From Magnetococcales bacterium (GTDB lineage Bacteria; Pseudomonadota; Magnetococcia; Magnetococcales; JADFWU01), in contig JADFWU010000001.1 in NCBI GenBank assembly GCA_015234045.1, positions 127,943 through 191,942 on the forward strand: DNA of 64,000 nt, in the 5' to 3' direction. Shown here one piece after another: positions 30,736-38,835 of the stretch; position 1 is the stretch's first letter; each line of letters opens with the position of its first letter. Position numbers and translations under genes: made by a program. A model generated the notes under the pieces. That model did no database searches, was not told where the DNA came from, and saw only the letters and a list, made by a program, of their open reading frames with translations.

Positions 30736-31410
30736 ATGAATAGCAAGGCGCTAATCCGAATTGTTGTCGTACTTGTGTTGATTGGTGCTATTGCTTGGGC
30801 AGCGACCTTTCGTGATGAGTTGAGCCCGGAAGCCATCCAGGCTTGGGTTTCATCGTTTGGATATTGGGGACCAGTTGTATTTATTGGTATCTATGCCATC
30901 GCTTCGGTGTTGTTTTTGCCGGGATCGGTGTTGACGTTGACCGGTGGTGCGCTGTTTGGTCCGGTGTTAGGCACGCTCTATAATCTTTCAGGGGCGACAA
31001 TTGGTGCAACTTTGGCATTTTTAATTGCCCGGTATTTAGCGTCTGATTGGGTTGAGCAAAAGGCCGGTGGGCGTTTGAAGCGATTATTTGATGGTGTGGA
31101 GCAAGAGGGATGGAAATTTGTTGCCTTTGTGCGCTTGGTGCCGGTGTTTCCTTTTAATTTATTAAACTATGCGTTGGGATTGACTAAAATCCGACTGTCT
31201 CACTATATCATTGCGTCATTTATCTGTATGTTGCCTGGTGGGTTTGCGTATACCTATTTGGGGTTTGCAGGCAAAGAGGCATTGGCAGGCGGTGATGATC
31301 TGTTGCAAAAGGGTCTATTGGCGTTGGGCTTGTTGGCTGCTGTGGCGTTTCTGCCGTCAATGATTAAACGTATGCGAAAGCAGACAGACGCAGAAAAGGT
31401 GGTGGATTGA
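30736..31410 (+). CDS. TVP38/TMEM64 (DedA-related, VTT domain) membrane protein
   Basis: 224 aa and polytopic, with the typical LPGSVLTLTGGALFG and RLVPVFPFNLLNY motifs. Confidence 0.75.
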   Translation: MNSKALIRIVVVLVLIGAIAWAATFRDELSPEAIQAWVSSFGYWGPVVFIGIYAIASVLFLPGSVLTLTGGALFGPVLGTLYNLSGATIGATLAFLIARYLASDWVEQKAGGRLKRLFDGVEQEGWKFVAFVRLVPVFPFNLLNYALGLTKIRLSHYIIASFICMLPGGFAYTYLGFAGKEALAGGDDLLQKGLLALGLLAAVAFLPSMIKRMRKQTDAEKVVD

Positions 31411-32330
31411 TGGCCAGAATCGGTGTTGATCTGGGTGGCACCAAAATTGAGGCCGTGGTGCTTTCCGGTGCTGGTGAAATCCTGGCTCGGGAACGCACGG
31501 ACACGCCACAAGGTGACTATCAGAAAACGGTTCAGGCCGTGGTGGACCTGGTCAAACAGGTTGAAGCGTTAGCCGGTGTGTCGGGGAGTGTTGGGGTTGG
31601 TGCGCCGGGTGCGGTATCTCATCGTACTGGACGGCTGAAAAATGCCAATTCGGTTTGTTTGATTGATCAGCCATTGAGGGAAGATTTATCACACCATCTG
31701 CAACGTCCGGTTCGTCTGGCCAATGATGCGGACTGTTTTGCACTGTCTGAAGCGGTTGATGGAGCGGCGGCTGGTGCTGGTGTGGTTTTTGGTGTGATTC
31801 TGGGTACTGGGGTTGGCGGTGGTGTGGTGGTCAATGGTGCGCTGTTGAATGGTCCTAACGCTATTGCGGGAGAGTGGGGCCATAATGCACTGCCTTGGAC
31901 TGGTCATGATGAGATTCCGGGCAATCGTTGCTATTGTGGTCGAGAAGGGTGTATTGAGACGTTTCTTTCCGGGCCTGGTATGGCGCGTCACTATGAGATA
32001 TTGACCGGTCAACGTGACATTTCTTCGAAAGATATTATCAAAGCGGTTGAACAGGGCGATGTGACGGCTATGTCCTATATGGAACAGTATGCTGATCGAT
32101 TGTCGCGTGCTTTGTCGAGTGTGATTAATTTGATTGATCCTCATGTGATTGTGTTGGGTGGTGGTTTGTCCAATATTGATTGGCTTTATCAACGGGTGCC
32201 GGAAGTGTGGGATGCGTATGTTTTTTCCGATCAGGTGGAAACCCGGCTGGTAAAAGCCCGTTATGGAGATTCCAGTGGTGTGCGTGGGGCGGCTTGGTTA
32301 TGGCCCAAAGGGTGCGATGATGTCCGGTAA
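31407..32330 (+). CDS. ROK-family sugar kinase (NagK/Mak-like)
   Basis: DLGGTK ATP-binding N-terminus and the ROK zinc motif CYCGREGCIE are present. The start overlaps the upstream stop by 4 nt. Confidence 0.8.
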   Translation: MMARIGVDLGGTKIEAVVLSGAGEILARERTDTPQGDYQKTVQAVVDLVKQVEALAGVSGSVGVGAPGAVSHRTGRLKNANSVCLIDQPLREDLSHHLQRPVRLANDADCFALSEAVDGAAAGAGVVFGVILGTGVGGGVVVNGALLNGPNAIAGEWGHNALPWTGHDEIPGNRCYCGREGCIETFLSGPGMARHYEILTGQRDISSKDIIKAVEQGDVTAMSYMEQYADRLSRALSSVINLIDPHVIVLGGGLSNIDWLYQRVPEVWDAYVFSDQVETRLVKARYGDSSGVRGAAWLWPKGCDDVR

Positions 32331-32340
32331 TCCGTGGATT

Positions 32341-33093
32341 ATGCAGTTGACAATATTGGGTAGTGGCACTGGTATTCCTTCATTGCTGAGACATGCTCCG
32401 GGCTATCTTATTCAGACTGATGCTATGAATGTTCTGGTGGATTGCGGTAGCGGTACTTTATTGCAGTTGGAGCGGGCAGGGGTTTCTTTTACGGCGCTGG
32501 ATTTGATCTGTATCACGCATACCCATGCGGATCATATTGGTGATCTTTGGGCATTGGTACATGGATTGCGTTTTCCGCATGTTGACCGACAACGGAAGCT
32601 GACTATCATGGGACCGCCTGGATTCTCGCGTTTTTTTGATCAATTTGTCGCACCGGTTTCTGGTCGTCCCAAAGCGTTTCCCTTTGAAATCATTGATGCT
32701 GCACAGGATCAACAGCTCGGCGCACTACGCATAGTGACAACGGCAACTGTGCATAGTGATCGCTTAGAGAGTATTGCGTACCGATTTGAAAAAAACGGCC
32801 ATGTTGCGGTTATTTCCGGGGATTGTGACTTTGATGACGGTATTATCCATCTCGCCAAAGGCGCGGATCAATTGGTATTGGACTGCTCGTCACTGAATGC
32901 CGGAAAAATCGGCGGACATCTAAGTGCCGGTGAGTGTGGAAAAGTGGCCCAACAGGCGGGTGCCGTCTCTCAGGTGATACTGTCACACCTCTATCCAATA
33001 GACGCACCAGAAATAGAGCGTATTCAAGAGTGTCGGCACCACTATGACGGCAAGGTCATCCTTGCTGAAGATCTTCTCACACTGAATGTTTAG
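32341..33093 (+). CDS. MBL-fold metallo-hydrolase (RNase Z-like)
   Basis: The HTHADH motif is present. The start at ATG 32341 (MQLTILGSGTG) matches the family N-terminus. Confidence 0.75.
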   Translation: MQLTILGSGTGIPSLLRHAPGYLIQTDAMNVLVDCGSGTLLQLERAGVSFTALDLICITHTHADHIGDLWALVHGLRFPHVDRQRKLTIMGPPGFSRFFDQFVAPVSGRPKAFPFEIIDAAQDQQLGALRIVTTATVHSDRLESIAYRFEKNGHVAVISGDCDFDDGIIHLAKGADQLVLDCSSLNAGKIGGHLSAGECGKVAQQAGAVSQVILSHLYPIDAPEIERIQECRHHYDGKVILAEDLLTLNV

Positions 33094-33098
33094 ACACT

Positions 33099-33467
33099 AT
33101 GGTTCTAAAACACCAACATCTGATCATCCAAGCTGGATGCCTCAAGCCATTAACCAGTACTGAAGCCGGAATTCAGTGGGTTAGCCAACTCACCGAAGAG
33201 ATCGGCATGACGCTGTTTATGCCGCCACAGGCTGGATATTCTGAAATGGCAGGCAACCGAGGCTTAACCGTCTTAGCCGCCATAACCACCAGCCATATTG
33301 CCTTGCATCTATGGGATGAAGAAAAGCCGGCACAGCTTCAGCTTGATATCTATTCATGTAAGCATTTTGAACTGGATGTGGTGTTTGACTATTTAAAAAA
33401 GACAGTTCAGCCGGTTGATATGCACCACAAATTTTTGGATCGGAGCGGGGGTTTGAAGGAGTGTTGA
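33099..33467 (+). CDS. S-adenosylmethionine decarboxylase-like (SpeH/class 1 fold) protein
   Basis: AAITTSHIALHLWDE aligns by eye to the prokaryotic AdoMetDC processing-site block ..ESHI.IHTWPE. The downstream DIYSC matches the D..tC block. Confidence 0.55.
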   Translation: MVLKHQHLIIQAGCLKPLTSTEAGIQWVSQLTEEIGMTLFMPPQAGYSEMAGNRGLTVLAAITTSHIALHLWDEEKPAQLQLDIYSCKHFELDVVFDYLKKTVQPVDMHHKFLDRSGGLKEC

Positions 33468-33488
33468 GCGCCTACATACCCATTCAAC

Positions 33489-34058
33489 TTATAATAGTGA
33501 AAAACTTCTTAGTAGCGCCGCCATTTTTTCATCCTGACCAGCTTGTTTCCGCAATGCATTAAGAAGGCGTGTCAAACGTGATCCTTCTGGATGTTGCAGA
33601 TCAAGATCATGATGGAGATCTCTTTCCAGGCGTTCCAGCCGTTCTTGAACCGGTTTCATCATGGTTCGACGATCCCAGGCAATATAGCCAAACAGCGCAA
33701 CAATCAATGTTACAAACGTGCCAAACAGCGCCAATATATTATTGTTTATCAGGGTAAAACGCTCATTTATATCGCTGCGGAGATCATCAATACGCTTGTT
33801 AACACCATCAAAACGCTTATTCACATCATCAATGCGATTATTCACATCATCAAAACGCTTATTCACACCATCAAAGCGCTTGTTCACATCATCAATACGC
33901 TTGTTCACATCATCAAAGCGCTTGTTGATATCCTTTTGCCCCTGTTTAAGGGTAGACAACGATTCAATGATTTCCCGATCACTGATACGCGGCGCAATTT
34001 CCACGGCTGAAGCAGAAACGGTGAACAGCATCAATATAGTAATCATCACAATTCGCAT
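33489..34058 (-). CDS. Heptad-repeat coiled-coil membrane protein
   Basis: An N-terminal hydrophobic signal/anchor is followed by about seven tandem NKR(F/I)DDV heptads. One TM follows (ILALFGTFVTLIVALFGYIAW), then a conserved-looking C-terminal tail. Confidence 0.6.
   Translation of the reverse strand: MRIVMITILMLFTVSASAVEIAPRISDREIIESLSTLKQGQKDINKRFDDVNKRIDDVNKRFDGVNKRFDDVNNRIDDVNKRFDGVNKRIDDLRSDINERFTLINNNILALFGTFVTLIVALFGYIAWDRRTMMKPVQERLERLERDLHHDLDLQHPEGSRLTRLLNALRKQAGQDEKMAALLRSFSLL
33783..33933. repeat. Tandem 21-bp coding repeat (about 7 units)
   Basis: CACATCATCAA(A/T)(A/G)CGCTT(A/G)TT-type units are read directly from the sequence. They encode the NKRFDDV heptads on the - strand. 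Confidence 0.85.
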
Positions 34059-34199
34059 GATAACTCCAACCGAAAAACGCGGGGAATGCCCGGGGAACCA
34101 CAGGCACCCATTAAAAATGCGTATGTTTAGCCAAACGTACTCATCTTGGAATCGGAAGATATATAGGCTCCTCGCTGTTTCACGTGGGTAGCGTGAACT

Positions 34200-34537
34200 T
34201 TAATTTACTACCAATCAGATATGATTGCCAAATCAAAAAGGACAGCCTATCCAGCGACCAACTATGCGCTGGGTTTTTCAAATGTTCACAGGCATTCATT
34301 TGCTCCTTATCAACGAACAAAACCAAGTCGTTTTGAATTTGAGTGAACAGCATATGCTGGTCCTGACACTCATAGGAAAAGCATATAAGGAGCTTTATTC
34401 ATAAACGCTCCTCAGGAGGGTGCGGAATGTCAGGCATCATCCATTGGATAAAAGGCAAAATAACCTTACCATAGATGGCCACGCTGAGTCACATGATGCG
34501 GACAATTTGGTGTAACCACTTGCGTTATTCTTGCCAT
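34200..34537 (-). pseudogene. Decayed IS200/COG1943-type (RAYT-like) transposase gene, copy 1
   Basis: Reverse translation from ATG 34537 gives MARITQVVTPNCPHHVTQRGHLW*, the family's N-terminal HHVTQRGN block. Recognisable fragments follow only in other frames. Multiple stops and frameshifts are present. Confidence 0.6.
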
Positions 34538-34550
34538 GATTTGTTTTTTT

Positions 34551-34600
34551 GTGCTCACCAAAAAAATAGTAGGGTGCTCCCTATTCTTAATAAGTTGATG
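34551..34600 (-). repeat. REP-like motif copy a (inverted orientation)
   Basis: GTGCTCACCAAAAAAATAGTAGGGTGCTCCCTATTCTT is homologous to 35411..35452. It sits immediately upstream of pseudogene copy 1. Confidence 0.5.
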
Positions 34601-34607
34601 AACACAG

Positions 34608-34988
34608 TCAGTGATTTACAGGCTTGGCAAAACTTTCAAAGCACAGGCTGGAATGAACATCTATAAAGGAATCAAGAGTCAACTCAAGAGATATATATTC
34701 TTTCTCCTTCTTGAGGCGAACTCTGAGCTTATGCAGATTTTTTTCAAAAAATTCTGATGGTACAACCAGGACATGAAATGTGGAACTTGGGTGATCATGC
34801 AATAAGAGCCAAATATCAGAGCAAGCGCTACTTTCTTCGATTTTTTGAACTGGAATCTCAATCCAATAGACAACCTTCGATGCTGATTTAGTCACCTTAG
34901 AGGAATGAATGCATTTCTCATTTGGCAATCGGCTAATGTAAGATTTTAGTTGCTGTATTGCTGTCGCTCTACCCATTACTTGCCCCAT
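34608..34988 (-). CDS. Hypothetical protein (126 aa)
   Basis: An ORF only. It is low in GC and sits between REP-like copies a and b. I recognise no family. Confidence 0.3.
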   Translation of the reverse strand: MGQVMGRATAIQQLKSYISRLPNEKCIHSSKVTKSASKVVYWIEIPVQKIEESSACSDIWLLLHDHPSSTFHVLVVPSEFFEKNLHKLRVRLKKEKEYISLELTLDSFIDVHSSLCFESFAKPVNH

Positions 34989-35036
34989 TCACGAACCGAT
35001 ATGTGTCCGCCTTTTTGAACGGTGACTCTGAAAATC

Positions 35037-35105
35037 AGGGGATACCTTACCGATTTCCCTTAGTCACCTATAATATTATTTGTTGGATAGTGGTTTTCTA
35101 CAACT
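35037..35105 (+). repeat. REP-like motif copy b
   Basis: AAATCAGGGGATACCTTACCGATTTCCCTTAG...ATAATATTATTTG is homologous to 36453..36517. It is the reverse complement of copy c, and it overlaps the 3' end of pseudogene copy 2. Confidence 0.6.
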
Positions 35106-35398
35106 CTCCCAAGTTTTAGCGGTCTTTCTAATTGAACATCCAAACGATCCAAAAAGCGATTACTGTCAATCTCCAATAGCTTTGCCTAACGCGGCTGCCG
35201 TTGTTGGCACTGCAATCAAATGGGTATGATTCGGCATAATAGCCCCATATCTCCACTTTAAATCGTAGACATCACTCTGCTATCAACTCCAAATAAGCTT
35301 GATAATCCTCATCTATAAAAAAGGTCTGTTGCCAACGATTACCACATTGAGTTATATGATACGGACAACCTTGCAACCTCTCGCGCTATTTTTGCCAT
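35040..35398 (-). pseudogene. Decayed IS200/COG1943-type (RAYT-like) transposase gene, copy 2
   Basis: Reverse strand from ATG 35398 reads MAKIAREVA, then a frameshift, then GCPYHITQCGNRWQQTFFIDEDYQAYLELIAE*. Further on come VEIWGY and, after another frameshift, MPNHTHLIAVP, the conserved HxH region. At least three frame disruptions are present. Confidence 0.65.
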
Positions 35399-35410
35399 AG
35401 TTTATTTATT

Positions 35411-35452
35411 GTACTCACAAAGAAAATAGGTAAAGTGTCCCCTGATTTTTTC
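35411..35452 (-). repeat. REP-like motif copy c (inverted orientation)
   Basis: GTACTCACAAAGAAAATAGGTAAAGTGTCCCCTGATTTTTTC. Its reverse complement matches copies b and d. Confidence 0.6.
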
Positions 35453-35536
35453 GCCAAGAAATTAACAAAAGTTAGTGGGTGATCTGATCAGCACTGAAGA
35501 TTCATGTACTGATCAGATTCATTAAATTTAACCAAA

Positions 35537-36163
35537 CTATTTTATCAAGATGGATGCTGCCGTCCAAAGAGAGGGTACTGCCAGAACGAGGAAGAAAATA
35601 CCGCTTATTCTGTGAAGCATTTGCTCAGGGATTTTTCTAAGCAACTTACTACCAGCTACTACACCAAGAGCGGAGATAAATATCAACGCCGCTGTTCCAC
35701 CAATCCATACCGATATAGGTTCATAACCACCAGATAAAGCTGCTACGGCAATTTGGGTCTTGTCGCCAAACTCTGCCATGAAAATTAATATGAAGGTTGT
35801 TAATAGAACACTACGACCTGTCTTTTCAACAATGTCATCATCATCGTCATCATCATCATTACTACGCAACATTTGAATACCAAAGATAGCGAATAGTAAG
35901 CCTACTATTAGTGCTACTATCCACTCGGGAACCCAAGCCGCTATTGAAGCACCAAACGTCACTGCCAACAGATTGAGGATGATAAACGCCAGCGAAACAC
36001 CAATTAGCACTGGGAAACCACGGTGTCGCGCAGCCAATGTCATGCAGACAAGTTGGCTTTTGTCACCAATTTCAGCCAGCGAAATTAACGCAAATGTCGC
36101 TCCCATTATGGAAGCATTTGAAAGATTAGATTGTGAACCGGAGATAAATAATTCGATGTCCAT
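35537..36163 (-). CDS. GDT1/TMEM165 (UPF0016) family cation (Ca2+/Mn2+) transporter
   Basis: Two E-x-G-D-K-(S/T) motifs are present (AEIGDKSQL, AEFGDKTQI) in a two-repeat 6-TM protein. The central loop contains eight consecutive Asp. Confidence 0.8.
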   Translation of the reverse strand: MDIELFISGSQSNLSNASIMGATFALISLAEIGDKSQLVCMTLAARHRGFPVLIGVSLAFIILNLLAVTFGASIAAWVPEWIVALIVGLLFAIFGIQMLRSNDDDDDDDDIVEKTGRSVLLTTFILIFMAEFGDKTQIAVAALSGGYEPISVWIGGTAALIFISALGVVAGSKLLRKIPEQMLHRISGIFFLVLAVPSLWTAASILIK

Positions 36164-36452
36164 AGGGGCTCTTTACAAAGGGCTGGTCTTAACAAAACAC
36201 GTAGGCGCAACCGCACGACCAGCCCTTAGCTGTATGCAATCACGCCTAAAGTCTTGCCAAACCAATTATGGCCGCGTATGCCATGGCGAAATGAATAGCC
36301 AAGTATGTTGACATACGCCCTCTATATAAGATGAGGAAGCTACTCCCCTTAGGCACAGCTGATACTAATGTATTGCCTTACATTGGTCAACCAATCAGCC
36401 TAAAACCACTTAAGCAAGTCTGATCAACTAATAGGTAAAAGGTGGTGAGTTT

Positions 36453-36517
36453 GATTTAAATCCGGGGACACCTTACCGATTTCCCTTGGGTATCCATCAA
36501 TAATATTTATTTATTCT
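36453..36517 (+). repeat. REP-like motif copy d (solo)
   Basis: AAATCCGGGGACACCTTACCGATTTCCCTTGG...AATAATATTTATTTATTC. It abuts or overlaps the queG stop codon. Confidence 0.6.
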
Positions 36518-37452
36518 GACCGATTTTCAATACAAATGGCTAAATTCCTCCGAAATCGCTCCAATCCAATCCGCTTCACCGGTGATTGCCTAAACCTTTC
36601 TCTAAACTGTTCATCATCAAGCTGTTGAAGTTGTTCAAGCGGTGGATTAATCAACTCTTTTCTGGGTAGAAAATCAGGATTTTCAGTAGTAGGACCAAAC
36701 CGATTAAACGGGCATGCGACAAGGCAATCATCGCAACCGTATAGCCGGTTTTTCATGGGTTTATGAAATTCTTCAGGAATGGCGCCTTGATGTTCAATGG
36801 AGAGATAGGCGAGGCATTTTGAGGCGTCCAGTTGATAGGGTGTCAGTGCTTTTGTGGGACAAGCATCAATGCAGCGGGTGCAGGTGCCGCAGTGGTCTGG
36901 GGTTGGTGGATCTGGTGGTAGGGTGATTGATAGAAACAATTCGGCCAGAAACAGCCAGCAACCGTATTGACGATTGACCAATAAAGTGTTTTTGCCTTGC
37001 CAGCCGAGACCGGCGGCAGCGGCCAGGGGTTTTTCCAGAACTGGGGCGGTGTCCACGAAAATCCGGCCTTGGATGGTTTGTCCTGTTTGGGTCTCAATCC
37101 AGCGGGCCAGACGGCGGACGCGCTTTTTTATTCGGTCATGATAATCTCGATTGCGCGCATAGGCGGAAATAATGCCGCAGGAGGGATCAGCCAGACCAGC
37201 AAGCGGATCATCCGGTGGTTTGTAGTTCGTGCCCAGCACCAGAATAGTGCCGAGATTCTCCATAAGTTGCCGTGGATCTTCACGTTTTTGACGATTACGT
37301 GTCATCCAGGACATGGAACCATGACATCCTTGATCAAGCCACGTTTGCAGATGATCATGGTGTGGGGGCGGCGCTACAGGGGCAAAAGCAGCCACTTGAA
37401 AGCCTTCCTCAAGCGCTTGTTTGCGCAACGCCTCTTTTAGTTCATGTGTCAC
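36511..37452 (-). CDS. queG: Epoxyqueuosine reductase
   Basis: Two 4Fe-4S ferredoxin motifs are present (CGTCTRCIDACP, CDDCLVACP), with a QueG-type N-terminal region. Confidence 0.85.
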   Translation of the reverse strand: MTHELKEALRKQALEEGFQVAAFAPVAPPPHHDHLQTWLDQGCHGSMSWMTRNRQKREDPRQLMENLGTILVLGTNYKPPDDPLAGLADPSCGIISAYARNRDYHDRIKKRVRRLARWIETQTGQTIQGRIFVDTAPVLEKPLAAAAGLGWQGKNTLLVNRQYGCWLFLAELFLSITLPPDPPTPDHCGTCTRCIDACPTKALTPYQLDASKCLAYLSIEHQGAIPEEFHKPMKNRLYGCDDCLVACPFNRFGPTTENPDFLPRKELINPPLEQLQQLDDEQFRERFRQSPVKRIGLERFRRNLAICIENRSE

Positions 37453-37549
37453 GTTGCTAAACTGCTCCGGTTTGTTGTCAATACCACATCAGTGCCAGTG
37501 ATGTTTATGAAGAGGCTGTGTTCAGTCTCATGACCAGGAGGAGTATCCC

Positions 37550-38647
37550 ATGTCTGAAGCCGCTCCGGTGCCTTTGGAACCCCTTTATGCACTTTCTGAT
37601 GAAGCGTTGGTTACGCGCATTGAAGCTGCCAAAAAAAGCTTGGGTGACAGCTGTGTGATTCTCGGCCACCACTATCAGCGTGAAGAAGTGTATCAATTTG
37701 CTGATCTAACCGGTGATTCATTAAAGCTTTCCCGACTGGCCCAACAACGTCCCAATGCCCGCTACATTGTTTTTTGCGGTGTTCATTTTATGGCTGAGGT
37801 GGCTGATATTCTGTCCAGCCCGGATCAAACCGCTATTCTACCCGATCTTGCCGCCGGATGCTCCATGGCGGATATGGCGGATCTTCCCGCAGTTGAAGAA
37901 GCTTGGAAAGCTTTGGGCACGGTTATTGACGTTGAGAATACGGTAACACCTGTAACTTATGTCAATTCTACCGCTGATCTGAAAGCTTTTTGTGGCGAAC
38001 ATGGTGGCACGGTGTGTACATCATCCAATGCTCAATTAGTATTGGAATGGGCTTTTTCCCAGCGAGAAAAGACGCTGTTTTTCCCAGACCAGCATTTAGG
38101 CCGCAACACAGGTTATCTAATGGATATTCCATTGGAACAGATGGTGGTTTACAAGCCCAGCGAACCCATGGGCGGTTTGACTGAACAACAGATCAAGCAG
38201 GCCAAGATTATTCTATGGGATGGGTATTGCTCAGTGCATCAGATGTTTCTACCGGAACATGTGGATTATTATCGGGAAAAATATCCAGGCATCAAAGTGA
38301 TTGTCCATCCTGAGAGTGCATTGGAGGTTTGCCAAAAAGCAGACGCTCAAGGTTCTACGGAACTGATCCAAAAAATGGTCCGGGAATCACCATCAGGCAG
38401 CCAATGGGCTGTTGGAACGGAGTTTAACTTGGTCAATCGGTTGAATCATGAGATGCCGGATAAGGATATTTTTTATCTTTGTCCGACAATCTGCATGTGT
38501 TCTACGATGTTCCGCATTGATCTCCAACATCTTTGTTGGACGTTGGAGAATCTGGTTGCCGGTCATATCGTCAATCCGATCACCGTGCCTGAGCGTGAGA
38601 CCGCATTGGCAAAGACCGCTCTTGAACGCATGCTTGCGATCATGTGA
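37550..38647 (+). CDS. nadA: Quinolinate synthase A (long form)
   Basis: FCGVHFMAE, conserved Cys ligands and overall NadA-like sequence are present. Confidence 0.9.
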   Translation: MSEAAPVPLEPLYALSDEALVTRIEAAKKSLGDSCVILGHHYQREEVYQFADLTGDSLKLSRLAQQRPNARYIVFCGVHFMAEVADILSSPDQTAILPDLAAGCSMADMADLPAVEEAWKALGTVIDVENTVTPVTYVNSTADLKAFCGEHGGTVCTSSNAQLVLEWAFSQREKTLFFPDQHLGRNTGYLMDIPLEQMVVYKPSEPMGGLTEQQIKQAKIILWDGYCSVHQMFLPEHVDYYREKYPGIKVIVHPESALEVCQKADAQGSTELIQKMVRESPSGSQWAVGTEFNLVNRLNHEMPDKDIFYLCPTICMCSTMFRIDLQHLCWTLENLVAGHIVNPITVPERETALAKTALERMLAIM

Positions 38648-38656
38648 AAATCGGTA

Positions 38657-38779
38657 ATGGCTGATTTACAACAGGCGATTGCACTGGCCGTACGCGCCCA
38701 TCACGATCAGATGGATAAGGCAGGAGCGCCTTATATAATGCATCCGCTACGCCTAATGATGCAGATGACAGACGTTTAA
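38657..38779 (+). pseudogene. Truncated N-terminal remnant (40 aa) of an HD-domain hydrolase (small alarmone hydrolase / YpgQ-like)
   Basis: Not in the supplied track. MADLQQAIALAVRAHHDQMDKAGAPYIMHPLRLMMQMTDV* carries the AH.GQ.DK.G.PYI.HPL block of HD hydrolases. It stops after 40 codons, where the family is ~180 aa. Confidence 0.45.
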
Positions 38780-38835
38780 TAAAATACCGAACTTGGTGGG
38801 AATTTCTAAAAAACATATGACACGGAGTTAATCTG

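Noticed and set aside
33783-33933. Regularly spaced short repeats, considered as a CRISPR array (the same question arose for 42831..42920)
   Set aside because: The units are contiguous, with no spacers, and lie in frame within CDSs. No cas genes are in the window. These are coding tandem repeats.
33591-34191. Two + strand ORFs (139 and 157 aa) across the 21-bp repeat region
   Set aside because: They are artefacts of the tandem repeat, which stays open in several frames. The - strand product has a coherent signal/TM/coiled-coil architecture.
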